From contig JAEUSF010000001.1 in NCBI GenBank assembly GCA_016788665.1, forward strand, positions 48,222 through 112,221: a DNA stretch of 64,000 nucleotides. Reading direction: 5' to 3'. The translations under genes and the position numbers were made by a program. The first letter of the stretch is position 1. Every line of letters starts with the position of its first letter. Below are positions 10,084-19,021 of this stretch, one piece after another. The notes under the pieces were generated by a model that saw nothing but the letters and a program-made list of their open reading frames with translations, had not been told where the DNA came from and ran no database searches. This stretch comes from Candidatus Doudnabacteria bacterium. GTDB taxonomy: Bacteria; Patescibacteriota; Doudnabacteria; UBA920.

Positions 10084-10160
10084 TGGTGGGCGTGCCTGGA
10101 CTCGAACCAGGGACCCCGAAGGTATAAGCTTCGTGCTCTAACCAGCTGAGCTACACGCCC
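10084..10160 (-). tRNA. tRNA-Ile, anticodon UAU (reads AUA), CCA encoded
   Basis: Manual fold: GGGCGTG/TA/GCTC-AGCTGGTTA-GAGC/A/CGAAG-CTTATAC-CTTCG/GGGTC/CCTGG-TTCGAGT-CCAGG/CACGCCC/A/CCA. The D-arm is the canonical Ile type and the anticodon loop is CUUAUAC. Confidence 0.8.
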
Positions 10161-10320
10161 CCTACTACGCACCAGGCTTCGTAGGGCGAGCCTTATGCAA
10201 CAGGTTGTATTTAGTTAACCGCTTGTCCTCCGAAGCTTTACGCGAAGGAGGAAGCTACACGCCCATTGATAGATATTATAGTCGATGTATTACAAAGCAT
10301 CAAGTGTGTGTCTGTAAATA

Positions 10321-10346
10321 AAAAGGCACCCCTTAGGTGCCTTTTT
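10321..10346 (-). terminator. palindromic hairpin terminator downstream of gyrA (works on both strands)
   Basis: aaaaGGCACCccttaGGTGCCttttt. Confidence 0.65.
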
Positions 10347-10387
10347 ATTGTTTAGCTACTAGCCGCTCCCTACTTGCTACCAGCTTT

Positions 10388-12853
10388 TTAAATTACCGTT
10401 GCGCTGGCAACTTTGTCGCCTTCGTCGAGTCTCATGACTCTTACGCCCTGCGTAGCTCTGCCCAAGGTGGAGACTGCGTTTAAAGGTGTTCTAATAGTTT
10501 GTCCTGTTCTAGAAATAAGAACTAGGTCATGTTCTTCGCTGGAATTAAGTATGGACATGCTCACTATTTTACCGGTTTTCGGGGTAACCTTTAGTGTTTT
10601 TATACCGCTACCCGACCGTTTTTGGATTTTATAGTCAGTTAGCTTGCTCTTTTTTCCAAGACCGTTTTCTGTAATTACCAATACTTCTAAGTCTTTTACA
10701 TCTACGCCCTTTTTTATAACATCCATAGAAATAATTTGGTCGTCCTTTTTTATGCGCATGCCGGTAACTCCACTGGCGCCGCGGCCCATGGGACGAACAT
10801 CTTTTTCGCCAAATCTTATTGCCTGACCGTTTTCTGTGGAGAGAATTATTTGGTCGTCCCCCGTAGAAAATTCTACCCACTTAAGTTCGTCGCCGTATTT
10901 GAGGTTTATGGCAATCATTCCGCTTCTTCTGACTTTGGTGAACTCTTCCCTGTCGGTTTTCTTTATAAGTCCATTTTTGGTAGCCATGACAAGATATTTA
11001 GCTCCGTCTTTTTTGGAAAGAGTTAGTACGGCCTGTGCGGTTTCACCTTGGCTAAGTTCAAGAAAATTGACTAGAGCCTGGCCTTTAGAGACACGTGAGC
11101 CTTCAGGGAGCTCGTATACCTTGGTGAGAAAAACTCTACCTTTGTTAGTAAAGAAAAGTATGTCGTCATGAGTGTTGGAAGAAATAAGTTTTTCTACAAC
11201 ATCTTCTTCTTTTAGGGTTTGACCGATTACCCCTTTTCCACCGCGCGCCTGCTGCCTGTAGGTGTCTGGCGCTAAGCGTTTTACATAACCGGATTTGGTG
11301 ATGGTAATAATAACATTGCTTTCAGGGATAAGGTCTTCGGCGCTAAATGTGCCAATTGCATTTTTTACGACCTGAGTTCGGCGTTCGTCGCCAAACCTTG
11401 CCTTAAGGTCCTCTACTTCCTTTTTTATTATTGAGAGGATTTTTTTGTTTGACTTAAGTACTCCTTCCAAGTCTTCTATTAAAATTTTCTTTTCTTTTAG
11501 TTCGTCCTCTATTTTTTTTCTTTCGAGGCCTGCCAAAGTTTGCAGACGCATGTCTAGAATCGCATTTGACTGAATGTCGGTTAACTTGAATTTTTTCATC
11601 AAGTTTTCGTGTGCTTCGTCTCGGTTGACCGATTTCTTTATGGTATTGATTATGGCATCTATGTTGTCCAGCGCTTTTTTTAAGCCTTCCAAAATATGGG
11701 CGCGCTCTTTTGCCTTTTTAAGTTCGAATTCCGTTCTGCGTCGAATAACAATTTGCCTGTGCTCCAAATATTTTTCTAAAATAGTTTTCAGGTTTAGCAC
11801 ATGAGGCTCTATCCCGTCTACTAAAGCCAGCGTATTCATATGAAAAGTTTCCTGCATTTGGGTGAAGGAAAAAAGCTGGTTTAAAATTTTATTGGCAAGC
11901 GCGTCTTTTTTTAGGTCAATAACAATTCTCACGCCATCTTTGTCAGACTCGTCTCTTACGTCTCTTATGCCTTCAAGCTTTTTGTCTCGGACTAAGTCGG
12001 CAATTTTTTCTAAAAGAGTGGCTTTGTTTACTCGGTATGGTATTTCGTGTACTAGGATTTGATATGCGCCGGTTTTGGTTTCTACGATTTCTGTTTTGGC
12101 ACGCATAACAATACTGCCTTTTCCGGTAGCATATGCGTTCTTTATGGCCGCAACGTCGTAAATTATACCTCCTGTTGGAAAATCTGGACCTTGTATAAAT
12201 TCAAGGAGGTCTTCTACTGTGCTTTCAGGTTCGTCAATAAGCCTGATAATTGCATTTGCCAGCTCAGTAAGGTTGTGGGGCGGTATATCTGTCGCCATAC
12301 CCACTGCAATACCTAAGGTGCCATTTAAAAGCAAGTTAGGAAGTTTGCCTGGGAGCACTGCCGGCTCCTTACGTGTTGCATCGTAGTTGTCTCGCCAGTT
12401 TACAGTTTCTTTGTCCAAATCTACTAAAAGTTCTTCTGCCAAGGCGGACATTCTGGCTTCCGTGTACCTCATAGCGGCAGCCCTGTCTCCATCCATGGAA
12501 CCAAAGTTACCTTGCCCGTCTATGAGCGGATAGCGCATGGCAAATTCCTGTGCCATATGCACCATGGCGTCATACACTGCGGAGTCACCATGAGGGTGAT
12601 ATTTTCCAAGCACGTCACCGACTACGGCTGCGCTTTTTCTGAATTTTACATTATGTCGCAGGCCAAGTTCGTGCATTACGTATAAAATACGTCTGTGAAC
12701 CGGTTTAAGTCCGTCGCGTACGTCTGGCAGGGCGCGGCTGACTATTACGCTCATAGCATAATCTAAATACGACTCCTGCATTTCTTTTTCAATCGTACGG
12801 GCCTTTACAAGACCGATATCGTGCGAAATTTGTTCTTTTGCGTCTTTAGGCAT
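10388..12853 (-). CDS. gyrA: DNA gyrase subunit A
   Basis: [21 protein letters not shown], catalytic Tyr region, C-terminal beta-pinwheel repeats; 821 aa. Confidence 0.95.
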   Translation of the reverse strand: MPKDAKEQISHDIGLVKARTIEKEMQESYLDYAMSVIVSRALPDVRDGLKPVHRRILYVMHELGLRHNVKFRKSAAVVGDVLGKYHPHGDSAVYDAMVHMAQEFAMRYPLIDGQGNFGSMDGDRAAAMRYTEARMSALAEELLVDLDKETVNWRDNYDATRKEPAVLPGKLPNLLLNGTLGIAVGMATDIPPHNLTELANAIIRLIDEPESTVEDLLEFIQGPDFPTGGIIYDVAAIKNAYATGKGSIVMRAKTEIVETKTGAYQILVHEIPYRVNKATLLEKIADLVRDKKLEGIRDVRDESDKDGVRIVIDLKKDALANKILNQLFSFTQMQETFHMNTLALVDGIEPHVLNLKTILEKYLEHRQIVIRRRTEFELKKAKERAHILEGLKKALDNIDAIINTIKKSVNRDEAHENLMKKFKLTDIQSNAILDMRLQTLAGLERKKIEDELKEKKILIEDLEGVLKSNKKILSIIKKEVEDLKARFGDERRTQVVKNAIGTFSAEDLIPESNVIITITKSGYVKRLAPDTYRQQARGGKGVIGQTLKEEDVVEKLISSNTHDDILFFTNKGRVFLTKVYELPEGSRVSKGQALVNFLELSQGETAQAVLTLSKKDGAKYLVMATKNGLIKKTDREEFTKVRRSGMIAINLKYGDELKWVEFSTGDDQIILSTENGQAIRFGEKDVRPMGRGASGVTGMRIKKDDQIISMDVIKKGVDVKDLEVLVITENGLGKKSKLTDYKIQKRSGSGIKTLKVTPKTGKIVSMSILNSSEEHDLVLISRTGQTIRTPLNAVSTLGRATQGVRVMRLDEGDKVASATVI

Positions 12854-12858
12854 AGGTT

Positions 12859-13404
12859 CTATTTACTCGTTTTCTTAATATCTTTTTTTGTAAAATTTAA
12901 AATTTCAAAGTTTTTTATGTGGTGGTTTAGGTTGGTTTGGATTTGGGAAACAGAGGTTATTGCTTCTGTTAAATAAAAATTATTTAGTTGAGAAGGTTTG
13001 GTAGAAAAGAGGTCGGATAAATTGGTGGGCGGTAAATTTAAAATATTTGCCCAGTAATTAATGTCTTCAGCAAATCCTACCAGACTTTTACCGTGAGAAT
13101 GGCTCTTGTTTAAGGGCCTAAAGGCTTTCTTTATGGACCTGGCTTGTGTGTCCATGGTAAGCCCTGCTTGAGTATGTTCAATTTTTAAGGGATTGTGTTC
13201 CTGAAAAGGTGTGTGCTGTTTGAATTTTCGCGCGTCGTGAAAAGTTTTGTATTCACTAAGTGTTTCTCTGAGTTTGCTTAGGAACAAATTGCATTTGTCC
13301 AAAAAAATTTTAGCTCTTTCCAGTTGACCAGGTTGCTTAAACGCTTCGGTTATTCGAAAGTAGGTGTTTTGGTATTCTGTCTGTGGTGAATGTTGTTCTC
13401 TCAT
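12859..13404 (-). CDS. hypothetical protein (181 aa)
   Basis: ORF 5 nt upstream of gyrA on the same strand, overlapped by ATGA with the next small ORF; no recognised motif. Confidence 0.45.
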   Translation of the reverse strand: MREQHSPQTEYQNTYFRITEAFKQPGQLERAKIFLDKCNLFLSKLRETLSEYKTFHDARKFKQHTPFQEHNPLKIEHTQAGLTMDTQARSIKKAFRPLNKSHSHGKSLVGFAEDINYWANILNLPPTNLSDLFSTKPSQLNNFYLTEAITSVSQIQTNLNHHIKNFEILNFTKKDIKKTSK

Positions 13405-13613
13405 TTATTTTCGTTATACATTTTTTCCCCTTGGATTTTAACTTCTTTTGCTTGTTGTTTAAAAAAACTTGAAGCACGGTTTAGGTTGGGGCCCATGCGA
13501 TTAAATAATATCCAAATAGTTAGTAAAAAAATAACAACTACAATTATAATCGCCCACAGTAATCGGATCTTTTGTTCTCGGGGTTTATTTTGAATGGTTT
13601 TTATTAAAGACAT
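13401..13613 (-). CDS. small single-pass membrane protein (70 aa)
   Basis: One hydrophobic helix (LLWAIIIVVVIFLLTIWILF); 4-nt start/stop overlap with the downstream ORF suggests translational coupling. Confidence 0.4.
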   Translation of the reverse strand: MSLIKTIQNKPREQKIRLLWAIIIVVVIFLLTIWILFNRMGPNLNRASSFFKQQAKEVKIQGEKMYNENK

Positions 13614-13698
13614 TTAAATGCAGAATGAAGAATCGAGAATGCAGAAGCACAAGGAATGATTTTTTTACTTCTGCATTTTGCATTCTAAATTTTTTAAT

Positions 13699-14325
13699 TT
13701 ACCTCAGCGCTTCTAATGCGACCAGTTTAAAACCCTCTTCTGTTAAATCTTTTTTCTTTATTGTTAGCTTGTCAGTTTCTTCTTTTTTGCCGCCCATTTC
13801 CTTTATAAATTTTTCTAAAGGGTCCAGGTCAAAAATTAGATCTTTAGACTTGTAGTGCGAAGGGATTACAATTTTTGGTTCGAGTTCGTTAACTACCTTT
13901 GCGGCTTGAGAAGCTGAAAGTACGGTATTGCCGCCAACTGGCAAAATTAAAATATCAATTTCGCCCAGGTCCTCAATTTCCGACTCCTTCATATTCCATT
14001 CTTTTATATGAGTTAAATTCAAAATTCGCATGTCCTCAGCTTCAATAAGAAAAACAGTTATAAACTTGCCTTCTTGGTCTAAGGGGAAACCGGAAATACT
14101 TGCCCCTTTTATGTCGTAGTCGCCAGGGTCAGTGACTCTAAAAGGCTCCCCGGAAACGCCGGAGTCTTGGCTGTATGCTTTGTTATTTTTTTCCGCGAGC
14201 ATTAAGATGTCCGCTGCTCCTCGCGGAGAGACCAGCCCCGTGTCTTTATGGAAAGGGTCGGTAATAATTGTTGCTTCTTTTGTGGTAATTTTAAAGGATG
14301 AAAGACCAAAATATTGTATTTGCAT
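13699..14325 (-). CDS. MBL-fold (UPF0173-like) protein with degenerate metal-binding motif
   Basis: MQIQYFGLSSFKI...DPF... resembles UPF0173 metallo-beta-lactamase-fold hydrolases, but the HxHxDH motif is replaced by LMLAEKNN. Confidence 0.5.
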   Translation of the reverse strand: MQIQYFGLSSFKITTKEATIITDPFHKDTGLVSPRGAADILMLAEKNNKAYSQDSGVSGEPFRVTDPGDYDIKGASISGFPLDQEGKFITVFLIEAEDMRILNLTHIKEWNMKESEIEDLGEIDILILPVGGNTVLSASQAAKVVNELEPKIVIPSHYKSKDLIFDLDPLEKFIKEMGGKKEETDKLTIKKKDLTEEGFKLVALEALR

Positions 14326-14453
14326 ATAGTCGGATCTACGAATGTAAAGAGTCTACGAAAACCTATGAATTAAATAATTTTAATTACTAAATCTATACGA
14401 ATTATATACAAATTTGGGCAAAAAGAAAAGGCAAAAAATGCCTTTAGTGAGAG

Positions 14454-14672
14454 TTAAAAAAGCTCAAGTTGCATTGGCTGGATGGTCCCGCAGGTGTTGC
14501 AAATACAGCGCATGGGATTTCTTTGCGCCGTCTCCCAAATTTGCCTGCCCCCGTATTTAAGCCAAGCGGTAGCGTTTTCCCCGGGAGGCTTTAAGCTTTC
14601 GTCGTTGCAAGGTACAACCGTGCCTTTGCATGGTTGTCCGTTACTGGACCATGTCATAGGGCATTTTACCAT
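14454..14672 (-). CDS. small Cys-rich protein (72 aa), GC-rich, probable horizontally acquired gene
   Basis: Perfect SD (AGGAGG, 4-nt spacer) before ATG at 14670-14672. An intrinsic terminator hairpin (aaaaggcaaaaaatgccttt) lies about 14423-14445. GC is far above neighbours, and there are 6 Cys including a CxCxxC. Confidence 0.5.
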   Translation of the reverse strand: MVKCPMTWSSNGQPCKGTVVPCNDESLKPPGENATAWLKYGGRQIWETAQRNPMRCICNTCGTIQPMQLELF

Positions 14673-15022
14673 AGCTCCTCCTGCCGAGATTATGGCAAAA
14701 ACTAATTTTGAGTCACCTTGTATTCAATTCTCGCTCGGCTAGTCTTTTGAAAAATAGGGGTTTTAAGGGCTTGCTTTTTTTTGTAAAATAGGTATAATAT
14801 TAGAGCTTATTTGCACAAGCGCTATTTAAATAATTAACAACAAATAAGCTTAAAGCAAGGCGCTTGATTAATAATTAACCAATGTATAATCGTATTTAAT
14901 TTAACGCAACGATAAATTGATCGTTGTTTTTTATTCACTTTAAATAAATATTCGGTTATAAAATAATCTGTTCGGCCCTTTATGGCAGGCGGATTACGAA
15001 CGTCATTGGTAAAAACATTTTT

Positions 15023-16207
15023 ATGGAAGAAGTAATACAAACTCCGGTAGCATCCCCTATTCACCAGGCCACATACTCTGACGAGGCTAAGGTAGCCAGT
15101 ACCATGCAGGACTTAATTTCCTCTGGTGTGGAAATTAAAGTTTTAAAACCTGGTGACATGGTGGAAGGTGTTTTAATTTCCGCCGGTAAAAACGAAGTCT
15201 ATATAGATTTGGAAGGTTATGGTGTTGGAGTAGTTCGTGGTCGCGAATTGTACGACGACCAAGCTTCTATTGCCGCTTTAAACCCGGGTGATAAGCTTTT
15301 GGTTTCAGTGGTGGAATCGGAAAATAAGGAAGGCTTGGTAGAATTGTCCTTAAGGCAGGCTGGACAAAGTCGGGTTTGGCAGACATTGAAGGAAAAAGTT
15401 GAAAGTAAAGAAGTTGTGCGTACTAAAATTTTAGAAGCCAATAAAGGTGGTCTTATGGTAGAAATTAGCGGAGTAATTGGTTTTTTGCCGGTTTCCCAGC
15501 TTTCCATAGAGCATTACCCGCGCGTTGAAGATGGTGATAAAAGTAAAATTTTGGGCGCGCTTAAGTCCTACATTGGTCAGTTGTTCGATGTTCAAATAAT
15601 TACTGCAGAACCTGACGAAGAAAAGCTTATTGTGAGTGAAAAAGCTGTTATGGAAAAAGAAATGGAAGGCAAGCTTTCTAAACTCAAAATCGGCGATATC
15701 GTTGAAGGAGCTGTTACAGGGGTTGTTGATTTCGGTGCCTTTGTTAAATTCGGAGAACTAGAAGGGCTTGTGCATATTAGCGAGCTTGCTTGGCAGCGTA
15801 TAGACAATCCAAAGGATATTATAAAAGTTGGCGACAACGTTCGCTGTAAAGTTATTTCCATAGACAAGGGGCGTGTTTCTTTGTCTATAAAACAACTTTC
15901 TCAGGATCCTTGGTTGGAAGCGGTAAAAAAATACCAAATAGGCCAGGTAGTAAAAGGTAAGGTTAGCAAAATTATGCCATTTGGAGTCTTTGTTGAGTTG
16001 GACAAAGATATACAAGGATTAGCTCATATAATGGAGTTATCACACGACGCCGTTAAAAGTGCTGAAAATATTTTAAAAACGGGTGAAGAAAAAGAATTTA
16101 AAATTATTTCAATTGAACCAGGCGAGCATAGGTTAGGGCTTTCTTTAAAAGCTTTAACTGAGGCTCCTAAAACAGAAGAGGTTGTAGCAGAGGAAAAGGT
16201 GGAATAG
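15023..16207 (+). CDS. rpsA: 30S ribosomal protein S1 (short, 4 S1 domains)
   Basis: Repeated S1 OB-fold motifs (GDMVEGVL..., GDIVEGAVTGVVDFGAFVKF..., GQVVKGKVSKIMPFGVFVEL...). Confidence 0.9.
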   Translation: MEEVIQTPVASPIHQATYSDEAKVASTMQDLISSGVEIKVLKPGDMVEGVLISAGKNEVYIDLEGYGVGVVRGRELYDDQASIAALNPGDKLLVSVVESENKEGLVELSLRQAGQSRVWQTLKEKVESKEVVRTKILEANKGGLMVEISGVIGFLPVSQLSIEHYPRVEDGDKSKILGALKSYIGQLFDVQIITAEPDEEKLIVSEKAVMEKEMEGKLSKLKIGDIVEGAVTGVVDFGAFVKFGELEGLVHISELAWQRIDNPKDIIKVGDNVRCKVISIDKGRVSLSIKQLSQDPWLEAVKKYQIGQVVKGKVSKIMPFGVFVELDKDIQGLAHIMELSHDAVKSAENILKTGEEKEFKIISIEPGEHRLGLSLKALTEAPKTEEVVAEEKVE

Positions 16208-16215
16208 TAAAAATA

Positions 16216-16258
16216 AAAACGGCTTTGTATTCGCCAGATGGCGAACAAAGCCGTTTTT
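16216..16258 (+). terminator. rho-independent terminator after rpsA
   Basis: aaaacggctttgttcgcc agatg ggcgaacaaagccgtttttaa. Confidence 0.75.
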
Positions 16259-16291
16259 AAATTTGTACATAACCTTGGTAAACCGATTGGT

Positions 16292-16519
16292 TTACATCAT
16301 AGGTTTAGAGCTCATTTCACCTGCGCACATTTTGCAGGTCTGTTTGTGAGTAACTAATTCGTAAACTGCAGATAAGGCTACTAAGACGTAGACAACTTTT
16401 GACAAAGCAGAGCCTGCGCCAAAAATCATATCTACTAGGTTATAACCGAAGGCATGCAAACCCCAGTTAAGGCCTCCAATAATAACTAATATCCATGCTA
16501 CCATATGTAATGCTTTCAT
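16292..16519 (-). CDS. DUF378 family small membrane protein
   Basis: MKALHMVAWILVIIGGLNWGLHAFGYNLVDMIFG matches the DUF378 signature (IGGLNWGL). Confidence 0.65.
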   Translation of the reverse strand: MKALHMVAWILVIIGGLNWGLHAFGYNLVDMIFGAGSALSKVVYVLVALSAVYELVTHKQTCKMCAGEMSSKPMM

Positions 16520-16633
16520 GGATTCTCACCCCCTCTCGGATTTTTTGTTTCTTTTATAAGCATTTTTAACTATAAGTATTATAGCACACTATAAAACCCC
16601 TTTATTATAAGGGGTTTTATAGTTTGAAAAGGT

Positions 16634-18019
16634 TTACCAGCCAAAGAGTTTTCCAACATCCTCGGAGGTTTCTCTTCTTTTTGCTATTTTTATTTCGCCG
16701 TTTTGGGCAATGAGTTTAGCAGGAGAAGAAAGAAGGCAGTGGTGGCTTGCAAGGGCGTCTTGGTATGCGCCTGTGTCGAAGACCGCAATATATAATTCGT
16801 CACAATCGGCAAGTCTGGGAAGGAGAATATATTCTCCCCCGGCAGTATATCTGTCGTCGCTGTCGCAAGAAGAGCCGGCTAACCAAACTTGTTGAAGTTT
16901 ATGGGTGTTCATGTAGTTTACCGGAACCATATGCCACTTTTGGTGAATAGCCCAAGTGTCCAAAAGGTCATTCATAAAACTTCCGTCAATTACGTACCAC
17001 TTTTTATTGTTCTTTTCGCTTACATTTTTTTCGGCAAGAACTTTATAAATGGTAATTTGTGCCGGGGCAGCAACATAGCTTCCCCATTCTACTATTAAGT
17101 TAGGATGTTTAAGTTGTAAACGGTCTGATTCTTTTTTTGCAGTTTTAACTATTTGTTGAATAAGGCTTTTGCCGCTGTAAAAATGTTTTTTCTTTTCGAA
17201 GGGTACGCCCGCTCCCCCACCTATATCCAAAGTGTCTAAACCGGGATTTTTTTCCTTTAAGGTTTTAAATAGGCTTAAAGCCCTTTTCATAGGTTTTACA
17301 AAACCTTCGATAGTTTCGATTTGTTTGGAGATGTGGTAATGCAGGGTTGAGAGGTTTTTTATTTTACCTATTTTAAGTAGCTCCTCTTCGGTAAAACCAA
17401 AGCGGTTAAATTTTTTGTCCCAATGCGCCTGAACTTTAATATCTAAGTTTACGCGTATTCCGACTTCTCCCTTAAATTTCTTCAGTCTCTCGAGCTCGTT
17501 ATAGTCTTCTATTATAGGTACCACAATTAAGCCCTTGCCCCGAAGCTCTTCTATTAAGCTTATATATTTTTCAGTTTTGGGTCCGTTACATATAACTCTT
17601 ATTTTGGCATTAAATTTGTCTTGTTCTATCATTCTTTTCACAAGGAAAAGTTCGTTAGCGGACGCCACGTCTAAATTTGCACCTTCCGCTACAGCTGGAA
17701 GGACAAATTCTTTAGTTTGGTTAGCTTTCATGGCGTAGTGATAGTAAAACCTGCCTTTGTAGCCCAGGACTTTAATGTACGCATTAAAGGTTTCTATAAG
17801 GTCACGAACTCTATTTTCTATAATGGTGGGAAAAACTATCTCGGTTGGAGAGCCATATTTTTTTACAACATCAAAAATATTGTACTGATAGTTCCCTTCC
17901 CTGAAAATTAGTTCGCCGTCGGGGCCAATGTCAAAGTTTTGGGTGTTCACTTCTTCAAGTCCCATTCGCCAAAACTTTTTAAAACCATTTTTCCTTTTTG
18001 CAGCAGACTTTGTTGTCAT
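16634..18019 (-). CDS. PLP-dependent decarboxylase, Orn/DAP/Arg decarboxylase family (fold III)
   Basis: YAMKAN PLP-lysine motif (YHYAMKANQ), GGGAGVPF glycine-rich loop, CDSDD substrate-specificity region. Confidence 0.7.
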   Translation of the reverse strand: MTTKSAAKRKNGFKKFWRMGLEEVNTQNFDIGPDGELIFREGNYQYNIFDVVKKYGSPTEIVFPTIIENRVRDLIETFNAYIKVLGYKGRFYYHYAMKANQTKEFVLPAVAEGANLDVASANELFLVKRMIEQDKFNAKIRVICNGPKTEKYISLIEELRGKGLIVVPIIEDYNELERLKKFKGEVGIRVNLDIKVQAHWDKKFNRFGFTEEELLKIGKIKNLSTLHYHISKQIETIEGFVKPMKRALSLFKTLKEKNPGLDTLDIGGGAGVPFEKKKHFYSGKSLIQQIVKTAKKESDRLQLKHPNLIVEWGSYVAAPAQITIYKVLAEKNVSEKNNKKWYVIDGSFMNDLLDTWAIHQKWHMVPVNYMNTHKLQQVWLAGSSCDSDDRYTAGGEYILLPRLADCDELYIAVFDTGAYQDALASHHCLLSSPAKLIAQNGEIKIAKRRETSEDVGKLFGW

Positions 18020-18328
18020 TTGTTCTAGGCTTAGATATTTTTACCCAATAAGTGTTTAAAGGATAAAAAGGTTTAATATATAATAATTAACTGCTAATTC
18101 TATAATACTTTAGGCAATTTGTCAAGTCCTGTGGAAGGATATGAGCCAAAATAAAAACACGCATTCATTGTAATTAGCGTGCGTTTAAGGCGAGCCATTG
18201 ATTTGACCTTTTTGTTTTTGAGAATTTAAATATATTGTTTTTTAATTTTTCCAATGAGTAGACTTTGAAAATTATACGAGTAATTTAACACTCAAAAAAC
18301 TACTTGTCAATTTTTTAGGTAAGATTTA

Positions 18329-18415
18329 TGGTGCCCAGGGAGGGAATCGAACCCTCAATCCCTTGCGGGCGACGGATTTTAAGTCCGTAGCGTATACCAG
18401 TTCCGCCACCTGGGC
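18329..18415 (-). tRNA. tRNA-Leu, anticodon UAA, long variable arm, CCA encoded
   Basis: Manual fold: acceptor GCCCAGG/CCTGGGC, anticodon stem ACGGA/TCCGT with loop CTTAAAA, T-arm GAGGG-TTCGATT-CCCTC. Confidence 0.85.
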
Positions 18416-18552
18416 ATATATTTACTTAGTCCTGCTTCGCATGAAGCTACGTAGGACACTTCTTCGTTTGCGATATTTAAGTATTATCGAAAAAGAACCA
18501 TATGAATAGCAATGCTTGCACTTCATAGTTCCTTTTGGAAGGAACGAAGAAG

Positions 18553-18627
18553 TGGAGGTGCAGATGGGAATCGAACCCATGCATTGCGGTTTTGCAGACC
18601 GCCGCGTTACCACTTCGCCACTGCACC
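18553..18627 (-). tRNA. tRNA-Cys, anticodon GCA, CCA encoded
   Basis: GGTGCAG...GCGGT-CTGCAAA-ACCGC...ATGGG-TTCGATT-CCCAT-CTGCACC-T-CCA. Confidence 0.85.
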
Positions 18628-18632
18628 GAAAT

Positions 18633-18878
18633 TTATGTATCTATATATTTTATTTTTAACAATTCTTTTTGCTGTCCGCTTTTATAAAACTTTTCCTTTT
18701 TCATGGCTTCGCTTCTGGTCAGACAAGTTTCATAACTCAATAGTTTCCATGGTCTGTAACCTTTGGTGGATTTAACTCTGCCTTTGTTATGCTGAGTATA
18801 CCTTAGTTGAACATTTTCGCATGATCCAATATAGACGTCGCCATTCTGAAGGCTTTTAAGAAAGTATACGTAATACAT
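18633..18878 (-). CDS. small GIY-YIG nuclease family protein (YhbQ/UPF0213-like)
   Basis: MYYVYFLKSLQNGDVYIGSCENVQLRYTQHNKGRVKSTKGYRPWKLLSYE...EAMKKEKFYKS carries the GIY...YIG...R...E...N motifs. The ORF-track version (to 18980) reads through a tRNA-Cys fragment; I prefer the internal ATG at 18876-18878, preceded by TATAAT. Confidence 0.7.
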   Translation of the reverse strand: MYYVYFLKSLQNGDVYIGSCENVQLRYTQHNKGRVKSTKGYRPWKLLSYETCLTRSEAMKKEKFYKSGQQKELLKIKYIDT

Positions 18879-18936
18879 AGAAACATTATACTTTTGTAGG
18901 TTTTGTCCCCCTACGGGGGATCTGCCGTAGGCATGA

Positions 18937-18974
18937 CAGACCGCCGCGTTACCACTTCGCCACTGCACCGAAAT
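18937..18974 (-). repeat. exact 38-bp duplicate of tRNA-Cys 5' end (5 nt upstream + nt 1-33), followed by a GC hairpin
   Basis: 18937-18974 is identical to 18595-18632. After the break in the anticodon loop comes TCATGCCTACGGCAGATCCCCCGTAGGGGGA, then 7 more tRNA-matching nt (CAAAACC). Confidence 0.8.
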
Positions 18975-19021
18975 GTACAATGAGGTAATTTTACTTCATT
19001 TGAATTTTTTTTTCAATACTA

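Noticed and set aside
10413-12316. Multiple 60-110 aa ORFs on the plus strand inside gyrA (and similar ones inside infB 30276-32024, PBP1A 1193-3402, and the OLD/STAND genes)
   Set aside because: They are antisense to long, well-supported genes with clear homology. Their composition-driven ORFs are typical of the antisense strand and carry no RBS or domain evidence.
14482-14742. 86-aa plus-strand ORF overlapping the Cys-rich gene
   Set aside because: The GC-rich segment produces ORFs on both strands, but only the minus-strand ORF has a perfect AGGAGG RBS and a downstream terminator.
18422-18980. ORFs 18422-18613(-) and 18512-18775(+), and the N-terminal 34 aa of ORF 18633-18980 reading through tRNA sequence
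   Set aside because: They run across tRNA-Leu/tRNA-Cys or the tRNA-Cys fragment. The GIY-YIG domain begins at the internal Met (18876-18878), which has a TATAAT just upstream.
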